Of a stretch of DNA of 64,000 nucleotides, positions 27,731 to 41,230 are shown in pieces (positions within the stretch are counted from its first letter, which is position 1; each line of letters starts with the position of its first letter). Where the stretch lies: positions 21,824,001-21,888,000 of the forward strand of contig OZ024758.1 of NCBI GenBank assembly GCA_964016885.1, given 5' to 3'. Source of the DNA: Eledone cirrhosa (taxonomy: Eukaryota). The notes beneath the pieces were generated by a model. It had not been told where the DNA came from. It did no database searches and worked only from the letters and a program-made list of their open reading frames with translations. A program made the position numbers and the translations under genes.

Positions 27731-27780
<50 letters not shown>

Positions 27781-28148
27781 GTATATGTATATATAAAAAT
27801 ATATATTAATACACACACACACAAACACACACACATATATATGGCCTCTCACATTCACAAGAAACAAGTAAGGAGGCTGCATTCACACAATCACACATTA
27901 ATATGATGTTAAATACTAGCTTCAGTTTCAAGACATTGTATATATGTATATATATTGATTTCTGAAGAAAACATAAGGTTGACCATTGAAATGAATTAAG
28001 TTGTAACGCGTGTCGCGGCTCATAAGTTTCTCAAGTGAACCAACCATATAAATGATATGAAATAGATATTGATACAAATAGAAGAGAAAACTTGAACCAT
28101 TAATTGGAATTAACGATCAGTTCACTTGACTTTTTTTATATATATATA

Positions 28149-28367
28149 TTGGTTTCTTATATAGGCACAAGGCCAGTGATTTTAGGGGAGGGGAAAGTCG
28201 ATTAAATCGACCCCAGTGCGTGACTGGTACTTTATTTTATCGACCCCCGTGAGTATGAAAGGCAAAGTTAACCTCGGCGGGATTTGAACTCAGATCATAA
28301 AGGGCCGTAATTCTTTGCTGCAAAGCATGGAGTCCGACTCTCTACCGATACTGCCAATCCACCACCC
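28149..28367 (-). mobile_element. Family A SINE, full length
   Basis: Reverse-complement A/B boxes and conserved domain. Confidence 0.9.
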
Positions 28368-28396
28368 TCTTTTTATATATATATATATTGTTTATA

Positions 28397-28969
28397 AGAC
28401 AGGTTGTACTGGGATACATGGTCGGGTCGTTGGCGACTAAACTTGCAACCCCACCTAGGTTTCTTGGTGAGGAGGGTGACTGGACATCCTGCAGGACTAA
28501 AAATAAAACCTGTCAAAGGGCAAAGGAGCTCTTAAGAGTCAATGGTCATACAAAATCACCGGGAGAGATGACTCCTTAGCCTTTGTCAAGGCAGAATTCT
28601 ATGAGAAGGAAAACTCTGATATAACACCTGCAACCCTGATGATATCCAATGATGTTGACTTGTTCTTCTTTTTGGTAAATATCATCTTGGTTAAGAGAGT
28701 GGGACTGGCTTTGTGCAATGCCTTTGCTCACTATAAAAGCTTCACGGCACAGGCATTGCTTTATATCTGGAGATCTCTCTGCACTTGTCATCACATGGTA
28801 CCATGGGCCCACCACTATGTGTCAATATTTGTCACAAGTGTAGTGTTTGTACCAGAGTTTTCAAGTCACTGGCTGGACTAAAAAGTCACACTCGTTCAGC
28901 GCATCGGTAGGGGTTCTCCTACATGGATATAAAGTAGTGGCCGTACTCGAAAACGAGTTGGCAGCCACC
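28397..28969 (+). mobile_element. Non-autonomous RTE-related retroelement (RTE-like head plus C2H2-finger-encoding 3' end) with 12-bp TSD
   Basis: TSD atattgtttata at 28385-28396 and 28970-28981; CSVCTRVFKSLAGLKSHTRSAH at 28839-28904. Confidence 0.7.
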
Positions 28970-28986
28970 ATATTGTTTATATATAT

Positions 28987-29678
28987 TGTGTGTTGTGTGT
29001 TGTGTTGTGTTGCGTTGTATTGTGTGTTGTGTTGTGTTGTGTGATGTGTTGTGTGTTGTGTGTTGTGTGTTGTGTGTTGTGTTGTGTTGTGTTGTGTTGT
29101 GTTGTGTGCTGGGGTAAGTTATTTATTTTTTCTTATTTGAGTTTAGTGGTTGTGGTTGTTGTTGGTGGTGGTGGTTTTTGTGCTAGTGGTGGTGGAGGTG
29201 TTGGCGTTGGCTGTAGTGGTAGTATTGGTGGTGGTGGTGGTGATGATGGTGTTGGCGGTGGTGGTCGTAGTGCTGTTGTTGTTGGTGTTGGTGGTGGAGG
29301 TATAGAGACTGTGTTGGTGTTGGTGGTGGTTGTTGTGGTAGTGTTGGTATTGGTGGCGGAGGTGTTGGCGGTGGTTGTTGTGGTAGTGTTGGTGGTGGTG
29401 GTGGTGTTAGCGGTGGTTGTTGTGCTAATGTTGGTAGTGGTGGTGGTAGTGGTGGTATAGAGGCTGTGTGTTTGGTGGAGGTTGTTGTGGTAGCGGTGGT
29501 GGTGGTGGTGGTTGTGATGTTGTTGATGCTGCTGCTGTTGTTGGCGGTGGTGGTGGTAATTGTGGCATTAAAAGTGGCGCTAGTAGTGCTGATGTTGGTG
29601 ATGGTGGTGGTGGTAGGGACGGTGATCTTAGTGGTGGTGGTAGTGTTGTTGTTGTTGGTGGTGGTGGTGGTGGATGAA
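28987..29678. repeat. (TGTGT)n then (GGT/GTT)n low-complexity block
   Basis: Direct inspection. Confidence 0.9.
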
Positions 29679-29730
29679 GTTTTGTTTATATATATATATA
29701 TTTATTTATGCTTTTTATCGTGTATCGACA

Positions 29731-29816
29731 TGTTACGCGCGTTTCGGAGAGGATTGGCTCAAGGTCACCCATGGAAGTCATAGATCTGACAGCAGTATAA
29801 ATCTTCTCGTCAGATT
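29731..29816 (-). ncRNA. Degenerate hammerhead-like motif
   Basis: Minus strand CTGACGA-gaagatt...aatcctctcc-GAAA-cgcgcg-TA; stem I poorly paired. Confidence 0.4.
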
Positions 29817-30127
29817 GGTGATTCAATAAAGAATATATTTTCGGTGGATTTATCCACAAAAGAACCCATATCTTTTGGAGAAAAACACTATAACATTTTT
29901 TTCACATACTTCTTTTGATGTTAAACATAAAAATTTATCATCCGAGTCCGCTTGGTATCGAACCCCCATCTCCGTATTCACTCAGCTATTGCGTGGGTTT
30001 GTCCCCTCCAAATCATACAGTTTACTAAGCTCACCATTGCTGATAACTCAGACGAAAGAGTATTTATACAAAGCATATTGTTTCATTTATGTTTTAGATA
30101 TTTTCTGACAGTAGACGTTTTATTCAT

Positions 30128-30166
<39 letters not shown>

Positions 30167-31238
30167 TTCTTAATGATAATTTGTTGCATATTTAAGGAAT
30201 GCTGTTATCGATTATACCACCACCAATACTTTATAGTACTTATTTTACAAAACTTCCCGCAATGATGAAAGGTAAAAGTTGATAACGATGAGATTGGAAC
30301 TCAGAATAATAAATCTTACAGTCAAGAGCCAGTTGATAGGGAACGACTTTAAAAGGTTAGTTTCTGGTTGCTAATTAATACTGTATAGTTATTGTACAAC
30401 TCCCAGCTTGCCTTCGAAATTTTGCAAATAAATCAGAGCTGAGAGACGAGAACTGCACAGTGTTAATATACGCATACTGAGTAGTTATTAAGAAGTGATT
30501 TATTTACTCCGAGGCGTGATCCGTCATTCATTCAGGTATAACTAAAACTAATTTTTGTTATAAATACAAACCTAAATGATTTATGCCACGAGGATTGGTG
30601 ACAATTGAAAATGACAGTTGTTAACATTGAATTTACGAGTTCGGATTAAAAGCTAAGGGTGAATTTTTGCAATTTGTAGTTCTGTTGAAGCTAGAAATCA
30701 ATATTGGTAATTTTCATTTCGTTTGAACCATCGTTTCGTTTTAGTTAAATATTCAAATAAGTTGACTTCCGTGTTTGTGATTTAATATCAGTGTTTAGGT
30801 CAAAGTGGTGGATTAGCCGAATCAGTAGAGAATCGAGGGATATAATACTCTATTTTATTTATTTTCTTTCCATAATGTTCTGAGTTAACTTCCAACCGCG
30901 GTCAACCTTGCCCTTCAATCTAGTCCAATCCAGGGCCGAACTCTTGTTGGCGGAACTCTTTCCTGGTTGACTTCCACTGTTTTCTGTTTAGTTTTTGGAC
31001 AAATTGCCACAAAAAAAAAAAAAAGATAAATATGAAGTCGAGCATTGGACTCACGAGTCTAAACACTTCTTTAACAAAGAAAATCGCTTTGAAACAATTG
31101 TTGTGTTGTATCTATGTCAAGACAGTCTGGAGGCTGCTCCCATGCTTCAACAAGCTACAGTCACAATATAATTTCAACTTAGCTATTATCTCAGGAATAT
31201 ATTTACTATACATACTATATTACCAAGGTGTACTCTAC

Positions 31239-31542
31239 CAGTGGTCACCAACCTTTCGGACCTCACGAACCACTAAATTCATAAATTTAAATCCCGCGGA
31301 CCACTAATATAATTTTTTTTAAAAGATAAATACATTTGTAAAATAATGATCAGAGAACTTCCATTTTATTAATATGAAATACATCAATACATCAATTAAA
31401 ACAACTTTTCGGGTGTTATAAAATATATTTTAACCGAATATTATTTTTGTTTTATTAATAAAACATAAAAATTGCAAATAATGTCCACATTTTTCTGCAG
31501 ACTACCAATTTTTTCTCTCAGATCACCAGTTGGCGACTGCTG
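31239..31542. mobile_element. hAT-type MITE
   Basis: Imperfect TIRs cagtggtcaccaac / gttggcgactgctg. Confidence 0.65.
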
Positions 31543-31934
31543 TCCTATATTATCCTATTACTAGCTATTTGAAATTAAGTGAACCAGATGACCCACTTCT
31601 TACTAACGAGGTGCTAGTAACTTCTCTCAACAACATTGTAAAATAAAACTAATTATGTCATAGTGTGACTAGTATGAAAGAGATGACTGTAAATAAGTAT
31701 TATTGGCACTAAGCCTTGTTGGTAACCCAATTTCTATTCCCAAAGAACATCGTTTCCCTTTACCTTCGCCAGTAAAATTTCCTCTCCTATCCTTATATCT
31801 CATGAATTAAGCTTCGTAAGAAATCAATATCGCTGGTTTAATTGTGCCGATTGTTATAGAATTGAGATAAGCACTCATCGAACTGTTTTCATGACATGGT
31901 TCTTAATTCCGTCGTGCTAGCATTTCATTTTTTG

Positions 31935-32180
31935 ACTGAATGGTTAGAGAATTGGATTAGCATTCGGTAGGTTGAGAGTTCGATTCCCCGACCGATCGGT
32001 GCATTATATCCTTGAGCAAGACACTTCATTTCACGTTGCTCTTTCTACCAGGAGTTGTGAACGGTAGATAGAATCAGTAATTGGAAAAATCAATAGAAAC
32101 ATTGTTTCCTTAGTTCGATTTGACGAGTTCCACCCTACTTTGTAAGCAAAAGAGATCTGGGATCTTGTCGGGCGATTCCA
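31935..32180 (+). mobile_element. Family B SINE
   Basis: gagttcgattcccc...ccttgagcaagacacttcatttcacgttgct. Confidence 0.8.
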
Positions 32181-32210
32181 CCCCCATATATATATATATA
32201 TATTCCACTC

Positions 32211-32278
<68 letters not shown>

Positions 32279-32434
32279 TGCCAGAGATCTCAATTCTACA
32301 ATATGGTATGGTCTCGTAACTTCTGATGGAGTCGAAAGGGTGTCGTAGTGGTATATGGCGTTACTTGGGCATTTTAAGCCTGGCGGGGCCCATACCTTTC
32401 CATTCTAGAATATACTCCCTCGTAAAGACGTGAT

Positions 32435-32590
32435 GGTCACGGATAGAAATGCTACTAGAACGTTGTATAGAATGCTTTATGGTATTTTTTTTTTACTCTC
32501 TCCTCTCTGAATACAAATCCGGCTGAGGTCAACTTTACCTTTCATCGTTTCGAGGTCGATAAAAAAAGTACCAGTCTAGTACTCGAGTCT
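32435..32590 (+). mobile_element. Diverged family A SINE
   Basis: aaatccggctgaggtcaactttacctttcatcgtttcgaggtcgataaaaaaagtaccag. Confidence 0.7.
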
Positions 32591-32813
32591 ATTCTTCCTC
32601 TATATCTCTTTGTCATTTCTTTTCTCTCACTTTCTATCATTCTCTGGAAGAAACCTGCTGTACTCAGGCCTGGTGAGGGATGGGCTCCATCAGGCTGTAA
32701 ATGCCCACAAGAAACGCCGTATGTTAATACGGCACCCCTACGACTATATCATGAGTTACGGAACCATACATACATACATACATACATACATACATACATA
32801 CATACATACATAC

Positions 32814-33168
32814 ATGATGGCTGCCAACTCGTTTTCGAGTACGGCCACTACTTTATATCCATGTAGGAGAACCCCTCTCGATGCACTGAACGAGTGTGAC
32901 TTTTTAGTCCAGCCAGCGACTTGAAAACTCTGGTACAAACACTACACTTGTGACAATTATTGACACATAGTGCTTGGCCCATGGTACCATGTGACGACAA
33001 GTGCAGAGAGATCTCCAGATATAAAGCAATGCCTATGCCGTGAAGCTTTTATAGTGAGCAAAGGCACTGCACAAAGCCAGTCCCACTCTCTTAACCAAGA
33101 TGATATTTACCAAAAAGAAGAACAAGTCAACATCATTGGATACCATCAGGGTTGTAGGTGTTATATCA
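32814..33168 (-). mobile_element. 5'-truncated copy of the 28397-28969 element, embedded in (CATA)n
   Basis: Reverse complement aligns to 28617-28970; (CATA)n on both sides. Confidence 0.85.
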
Positions 33169-33389
33169 TACATACATACATACATACATACATACATACA
33201 TACATACATACATACATACATACATAAGTAGAGCAATTACATAGAAGTACTCTAGATGTAGCTGACTTGTTGTTTGTCTAACTGGTCACGAGGTATTTAT
33301 TTTTTATGTGATTTCGACATATAGGTCTGGAACAACTGTTCAGATGATCTAAAACGATCGAAGCAATGATAGAAGAAACAAAAGGTATA

Positions 33390-33490
33390 AAGGTAACTAC
33401 TGAGGATTCGCAATCGGTAGGTTGCGAGTTCGATTCCCCGACCGATCGGTGCATTATGTCCTTGAGCAAAACACTTCATTTCACGTTGCA
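33390..33490 (+). mobile_element. Family B SINE 5' part
   Basis: gagttcgattccccgaccg...gtccttgagcaaaacacttcatttcacgttgc. Confidence 0.75.
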
Positions 33491-33511
33491 AGACAATAGA
33501 AATAAATTAAT

Positions 33512-33698
33512 TGTTTCTACTTTAGGCACAAGGTCAGCAATTACCCAGTGCATTACTGGTACTTTATTTTATCGACCCTGTAAGGATGAAAGGCAAAGTC
33601 AACCTCGGCGGGATTTGAACTCAGATCGTAAAGGGACGTAACTATGCTGGAAAGCATGGCGTCCGACCCTCTACTGATACTGCCAATCCACTGCCCTT
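33512..33698 (-). mobile_element. Family A SINE with 17-bp TSD
   Basis: TSD aatagaaataaattaat at 33495-33511 and 33699-33715. Confidence 0.9.
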
Positions 33699-33934
33699 AA
33701 TAGAAATAAATTAATGCGAAATAAAAGATGTAATGATATAATTCTAGAGGGTTTACTTGAGAGAATCTTTTCAATGTTCTTTCTTCAATTTTGTGGGGGT
33801 TTTTTGTTGTTGTTGGTGGTTTTGCTTGGTTTGTTTTCAAGACATTTAAATGATCAGCTTCCATATATGAAACACATGCACCTTCTCCACTTTACTTCTC
33901 CCACTACCGCTTAGAAGAAACCACTGTCTCCACA

Positions 33935-34730
33935 CCACCACCATCATTATTATTATTATCATCATCATCATCAGCAGCGCCTTCATAATCACCATTATCA
34001 TTATTATCATCATCAGCAGCATCAGCATCATCGTTATCATCACTGTCATCAGCGCCATTAACATCATCATCATCATCATCATCACCACAATCAACATCAA
34101 CGCCATCATTATCATCATCATCATCATTATCAGCATGGCCATCATCCTCACCACCATCATATCATCACCATCGCCATCATCACCATCACAATCACCACCA
34201 CAATCACCATCATAATCATCATCATCACCACCGCAATCACCATCATAATCATCGTCATCACCATCGCCATCATAATCATCATCATCACCATCACCATCAT
34301 CATCACCATCATCACCATCACAAATCACCATCACCATCAGCATCGCAATCATCATCACCATCATAGTCATCACAAATCACCATCACAATCATCACCATTA
34401 CCAACACAATCATCATCATCACCATCACCAACACCATCACCATCACCATCACCAACACAATCATCACCATCACCATCACCAACACCATCACCATCACAAT
34501 CACAATCACCATCACCAACACAATCATCACCATCACCATCACCAACACCATCACCATCACCATCACCATCACCATCACCAACACAATCATCACCATCACC
34601 ATCACCAACACCATCACCATCACAATCACAATCACCATCACCAACACAATCATCACCATCACCATCACCAACACCATCACCATCACCAACACAATCATCA
34701 CCATCACCATCACCATCACAATCATCATCA
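33935..34730. repeat. (CAT/CAC)n trinucleotide-derived low-complexity block
   Basis: Direct inspection. Confidence 0.95.
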
Positions 34731-34879
34731 ATGTTTTCTATACATTTCAGTGTGTGTAGTCAATATATTTCCCCGGCAGCAAATACATTTGAACCTTAAT
34801 TGATTCTATTCAAATACAAAATCAATGCTTGGCTTCATTTTGAAAATGGATTGAAGGACAGTATGTGTATGACTAAGCA

Positions 34880-35960
34880 GCAACAACATGGCCTCAAAAA
34901 CTCTTCATAGAATATACCACAACAACAACAACAACACCAACAACAACAACAGTACAGTAACATCAGCAACATGGCACAACAACCCTTCATAGAATATACC
35001 ACAACAACAACAACAACAACACCAACAACAACAACAGTACAGTAACATCAGCAACATGGCACAACAACCCTTCATAGAATATACCACAACAACAACAACA
35101 ACAACAACACCAACAACAACAACAGTACAGTAACATCAGCAACATGGCACAACAACCCTTCATAGAATATACCACAACAACAACAACAACAACACCAACA
35201 ACAACAACAGTACAGTAACATCAGCAACATGGCACAACAACCCTTCATAGAATATACCACAACAACAACAACAACAACAACACCAACAACAACAACAGTA
35301 CAGTAACATCAGCAACATGGCACAACAACCCTTCATAGAATATACCACAACAACAACAACAACAACACCAACAACAACAACAGTACAGTAACATCAGCAA
35401 CATGGCACAACAACCCTTCATAGAATATACCACAACAACAACAACAACAACAACACCAACAACAACAACAGTACAGTAACATCAGCAACATGGCACAACA
35501 ACCCTTCATAGAATATACCACAACAACAACAACAACAACACCAACAACAACAACAGTACAGTAACATCAGCAACATGGCACAACAACCCTTCATAGAATA
35601 TACCACAACAACAACAACAACAACAACACCAACAACAACAACAGTACAGTAACATCAGCAACATGGCACAACAACCCTTCATAGAATATACCACAACAAC
35701 AACAACAACAACACCAACAACAACAACAGTACAGTAACATCAGCAACATGGCACAACAACCCTTCATAGAATATACCACAACAACAACAACAACAACAAC
35801 ACCAACAACAACAACAGTACAGTAACATCAGCAACATGGCACAACAACCCTTCATAGAATATACCACAACAACAACAACAACAACACCAACAACAACAAC
35901 AGTACAGTAACATCAGCAACATGGCACAACAACCCTTCATAGAATATACCACAACAACAG
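34880..35960. repeat. CAA-rich minisatellite, about 12 units alternating 85 and 88 bp (173-bp dimer)
   Basis: tcatagaatatacc recurs at 34905, 34987, 35072, 35160, 35245, 35333 ... 35937. Confidence 0.95.
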
Positions 35961-37760
35961 TAACACAAACAACAACAGTAACATCAACAACATGGCACAA
36001 CAACAACAGTAACATCACAACATGGCCACAACAACAACAACAGTAACATCACAACATGGCCACAACAACAACAGTAACACCAATAACATGGCCACAATAA
36101 TAACAACAACAGTAACATCACATGACCACAACAACAACAGCAGCAGTAACATCAACAACATTACCACAACAACCCTTGATCGAATATAACAACAGCAACA
36201 ACAGTAACACCAACAACATGGCCACAACAACAACAGCAGTAACATCAACAACATGGCCACAACAACAACAGCAGTAACACCAACAACATGGCCACAACAA
36301 CAGCAGTAACACCAACAACATGGCCACAACAACAACAGCAGTAACACCAACAACATGGCCACAACAACAGCAGTAACACCAACAACATGGCCACAACAAC
36401 AACAGCAGTAACATCAACAACATGGCCACAACAACAGCAGTAACACCAACAACATGGCCACAACAACAGCAGTAACACCAACAACATGGCCACAACAACA
36501 ACAGCAGTAACACCAACAACATGGCCACAACAACAGCAGTAACACCAACAACATGGCCACAACAACAACAGCAGTAGCACCAACAACATGGCCACAACAA
36601 CAACAGCAGTAACACCAACAACATGGCCACAACAACAACAGCAGTAACACCAACAACATGGCCACAACAACAACAGCAGTAGCACCAACAACATGGCCAC
36701 AACAACAGCAGTAACACCAACAACATGGCCACAACAACAACAGCAGTAACACCAACAACATGGCCACAACAACAACAGCAGTAGCACCAACAACATGGCC
36801 ACAACAACAACAGCAGTAACACCAACAACATGGCCACAACAACAGCAGTAACACCAACAACAAGGCCACAACAACAACAGCAGTAACACCAACAACATGG
36901 CCACAACAACAACAGTAACACCAACAACATGGCCACAACAACAACAGCAGTAACACCAACAACATGGCCACAACAACAACAGCAGTAGCACCAACAACAT
37001 GGCCACAACAACAACAGCAGTAACACCAACAACATGGCCACAACAACAACAGCAGTAACACCAACAACATGGCCACAACAACCCATTAAAAAATTAACAC
37101 CGACAACAGTAACACCAACAATATTACCACAACAACCTTTGATAAAATATAACAACATCAACAGTAACAACAACAGTAACATCACAACATGGCCACAACA
37201 ACCTATGATAAAATATACCAACAACAACAACAACAGTAACAACAGCAACAACAGTAACATCACAACATGGCCACAACAACCTATGATTAAATATATCACC
37301 AGCAAAACAACAACAGCAGTAACATCAACAACAACAACAACAACAGTAACACCAACAACAACAGTAACACCAACCTGGGCACTACAACCCTTGATAAAAT
37401 ATACCAACAACAACAACAGTAACAACAGCAACAACAGTAACACCAACAACAACAGTAACAACAACATCACCACTACAACCTATGATAAAATGAAAAATAT
37501 ATATATATATATAAAAGAAAAAACTAAACGACAACAACAACAACCAAATAATACTACGTCAACAAACAACAACAACAGCAACGACGACAACAACAACCAA
37601 ATAATACTACATGTCAACAAACAACAACAACAACAGCAACGACGACAACAACAACCAAATAATACTACATGTCAACAAACAACAACGACAACAACGACGA
37701 CGATAACAACAACAACCAAATAATACTACATGTCAACAAACAACAACAACAACAACAACA
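35961..37760. repeat. 30/33-bp minisatellite (caacaacatggccacaacaac[aac]agcagtaacac) grading into degenerate CAA repeats
   Basis: Direct inspection. Confidence 0.95.
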
Positions 37761-38049
37761 TTTCTTAACAAACAGAAACAACAGAATCATTTTAATGGGG
37801 TTTTTTTCCCCTCCATTGGTTGCATGATTTCAAGATGGCCGCAACACAAGACATTGACTTTCTACATACAAATATACATATGATATTGTGTGTGAGCGTA
37901 TGTTTGTGTTGGTGTGTATGGTGGCTGTGTTTGTGTTTGTGTCTTCGTTCGCGCGTAGGAGTGTTTTTACATCGATATTTTCATGGATACAAAAAGAAAT
38001 ATATGTGTATATATGTGTATATATGTATATATATGTGTATATATGTATA

Positions 38050-38108
<59 letters not shown>

Positions 38109-38740
38109 AGAGGGAAGTACAGCGAATTGAAGATGCAAAAACAGATAATTAACTCTATATATGTGTGTATATACTTGTATATATATCTATATATATGTGT
38201 GTGTATGTGTGTGTGTGTGTGTGTTTGTATACACATACATAAATATATGTATATGTATATATATACACTTAATACCTGCACCGATGTAAGTAAATATAAT
38301 AAACTTTGTTGTATTCATTTCCATGATGCTCTATGCGCGCGTAAGCACGCGCGAGGCCGTGCGTGCATGTGTGTAAGTGCATGTGTGTGTGTGTATATGC
38401 GTATATACATGTATGTATGCGTACGTCTCTAACTCTCTATATCTATCTGTCTATCTATCTATCTATCTTACTATCTCTCTCTCTCTATCCATCTATCTCT
38501 ATGCTTAGTAGTTTGGCCAAAGGGGTCTGATGTGTATAATTGATTACTATTGGCAAATAGAAAGCAATTTACAAATCTCGAACATGGAAGCTAGATATCT
38601 ATGCTGTAGGCAACGATCTGCTAATAATTGATCGATTATAGCGAAATCTAAGATAAATATCTATAAAAGATATATAAAGTGAAACTGTCTTACACGACAT
38701 TTCTTTGTTTCTTACCCTCGAAACCGATCATGCCCAACTG

Positions 38741-39074
38741 AAGCCTGTTTTCAGGGAAATAGAAAGAATGGAGAATATGATAAGAAAAAACATATATATA
38801 TTTAGCAAGTGTATATTGTATATATGTATATATGTATATATGTGTGTGTGTGTGTGTTTGTTTGTGTGTGTATATATATATGTATGTCTGTGTGTGTATG
38901 TATATATATATATATGTGTGTGTGTGTGTATCATGTATGTTTGTATATTTTATATATATATATATACATACACACACACACACACATATATACATATATT
39001 CAATATACACTTGCTAAATATATATGTTTTTTTCTTATATTCTCCATTCTTTCTATTTCCCTGAAATCAAGCTT
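38741..39074. repeat. Imperfect inverted repeat with arms of about 100 bp around a microsatellite spacer
   Basis: ttcagggaaatagaaagaatggagaatat...tttagcaagtgtatattg versus caatatacacttgctaaa...atattctccattctttctatttccctgaa. Confidence 0.85.
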
Positions 39075-39100
39075 ATATATATATATATACATACACACAC

Positions 39101-39131
<31 letters not shown>

Positions 39132-39141
39132 TATATATGTG

Positions 39142-39226
<85 letters not shown>

Positions 39227-39239
39227 CATGTATGTTTGA

Positions 39240-39295
<56 letters not shown>

Positions 39296-39348
39296 GTGTG
39301 TGTGTGTATATATATATATATGTGTGTGTGTGTATCATGTATGTTTGA

Positions 39349-39391
<43 letters not shown>

Positions 39392-39573
39392 ATATATACA
39401 TATCTGTGTGTGTGTGTATGTGTGTGTGTGTATAGGTGTGTGTGTGTGCGTGTTTGTTTTCCTTGTTTGCCATCTACTTTTGTTTATGCTTTTATCTTTG
39501 TTTGATACTTCTGTTGTTGTTGTTGTTGTTGTTGATTTATGTAAAAAGATGCGTTTAACTATTATGTATGTCG

Positions 39574-39758
39574 ATGGATTAGCAGTATCGGTAGAGGGTT
39601 GGACGCCATGCTTTCTAGCATAGAGTTACGTCCCTTTACGGTCTGGGTTCAAATCACGCCGAGGTTAACTTTGCCTTTCATCCTTACGGGGTCGATAAAA
39701 TAAAGTACCAGTAATGTACTGGGTTATTGCTGGCCTTGTGCCAAAAGTATAAACAATT
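39574..39758 (+). mobile_element. Family A SINE
   Basis: A/B boxes, conserved domain and tail. Confidence 0.9.
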
Positions 39759-40102
39759 ATGTTCATTGGATGATAGATAGATAGATAAGGAGAGAGAGAG
39801 AGAGTGGTAAATAGATAGACAGATAGATAGATAGATAGAGAGGGGGGAGGGTAAATAGATAGACAGATAGAGAGAGGTAAATAGATAGACAGAGAGAGAG
39901 AGAGAGATCGGTAAGCAGATAGCTAAATAGATAGATAGTCATGAGGCAGATGAATGAACAGGCAGATCGATAGATAAATAGATACATAGACTAAACTCAA
40001 TTAATTTACCGGTGATAGATATATTCATTAATCATAATTAAGGTATTCTTTTGTTTCTTCACGATTAGATTTATCAAGAAATTTAACATGTACATACATG
40101 TC

Positions 40103-40137
<35 letters not shown>

Positions 40138-40184
40138 CTGTGTGTGTGTGTTTGTGTATGTGCGCGTGTGGGTTTGTGTGTGTG

Positions 40185-40223
<39 letters not shown>

Positions 40224-40526
40224 CTCTGTGTGCAAAAAGCAGACAACACAGTACAATGAAGAAATATATTATTATTATTATTATTATAGTAGGAAAAAAA
40301 GTCTTAATGATTTGACTTTCACTGTTTCCAGGTCGATAAATAAGGTACAAGCCTAATGCTAGGTTCAATTCTCTCTCTCTCTGCCTCAACCCCACCGTTC
40401 ACTATCTCTCTCTCTCTATCTCTCTCTCACTCTCTCTCTATCTCTCTCTCACTCTCTCTCTCTATCTTTCTCTCTTCCTTTCTCCCTTTCTCTCCCTCTT
40501 TTCCTCTTTTTCTCACTGGAAAAATA

Positions 40527-40737
40527 TTGGTTTCTTATATATAGGCACAAGGCCAACAATTTTGGGGAAGGGGAAAGTCGATTAAATGAACCCTAGTGCG
40601 TGACTGGTACTTTATTTTATCGACCCCGTAAGGATGAAAGGCAAAGTTAACTTCGGCGGGATTTAAACTCAGATCATAAAGGGCCGTAACTCTATGTTGC
40701 AAAGCATGGCATTCGACCCTCTACCGATACTACCAAT
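40527..40737 (-). mobile_element. Family A SINE
   Basis: Reverse-complement A/B boxes, conserved domain and tail. Confidence 0.9.
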
Positions 40738-40984
40738 GAGACCTGGAAAGGATAATTTTAATACCCTAGGACCTCTTGAGAAATTAAAGGCCCAGGGATA
40801 CGGACATGTATTTTTGTGATTAATCTGGCCCTGACGCTTTTAACATTTCGAGTTCATAATTTCTTTGTTTGGGGGATCTGATTGACAGAAATGTATTTGG
40901 TGGTGAGGGGGTGGTCTGATTGACGGAAGGGCTCCAAATAAGTAGAATGTGACTATTTTTCAATTCTTATTCCTGTTTTCCAGT

Positions 40985-41230
40985 TCTCTAACCACTCAGC
41001 CACACGCGGTCTTGAGGTTGTGATTTCGATTCCCAGACCGGACGATGCGTTATGTTCTTGAGCAAGACACTCTATTTCACATTGCTCCTTCTGCCTGGAG
41101 TTGCGACTAATAGATAGTATTAACAATTGAAAAGACCAATGGAAACATTGTCTCCTCGGTCCGATTTAACGAGCTCTAACCCCACCCCCACTCGTTAAGC
41201 GAATGAGGTCTGGAACCTTGTCGTTCGACT
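40985..41230 (+). mobile_element. Family B SINE with an inverted 5' head
   Basis: ctctaaccactcagccacacgc is the reverse complement of the head gcgtgtggctgagtggttagag; body follows in + orientation. Confidence 0.7.

Noticed and set aside
28397-28455. HDV-like ribozyme at the RTE-like head (ggttgta...gactaa...tgcaacc)
   Set aside because: P1 and P3/L3 could not be built from this copy
34905-37723. Cys/Leu-rich and Thr/Gln-rich ORFs, including a 451-aa ORF
   Set aside because: Products of CAA-based minisatellites; the 85/88-bp units are not multiples of three, and the shorter units read open in all frames
37812-37845. CCAAT-like plus YY1-like motif (caagatggccgc)
   Set aside because: Short motifs are expected by chance in 64 kb, and there is no adjacent gene
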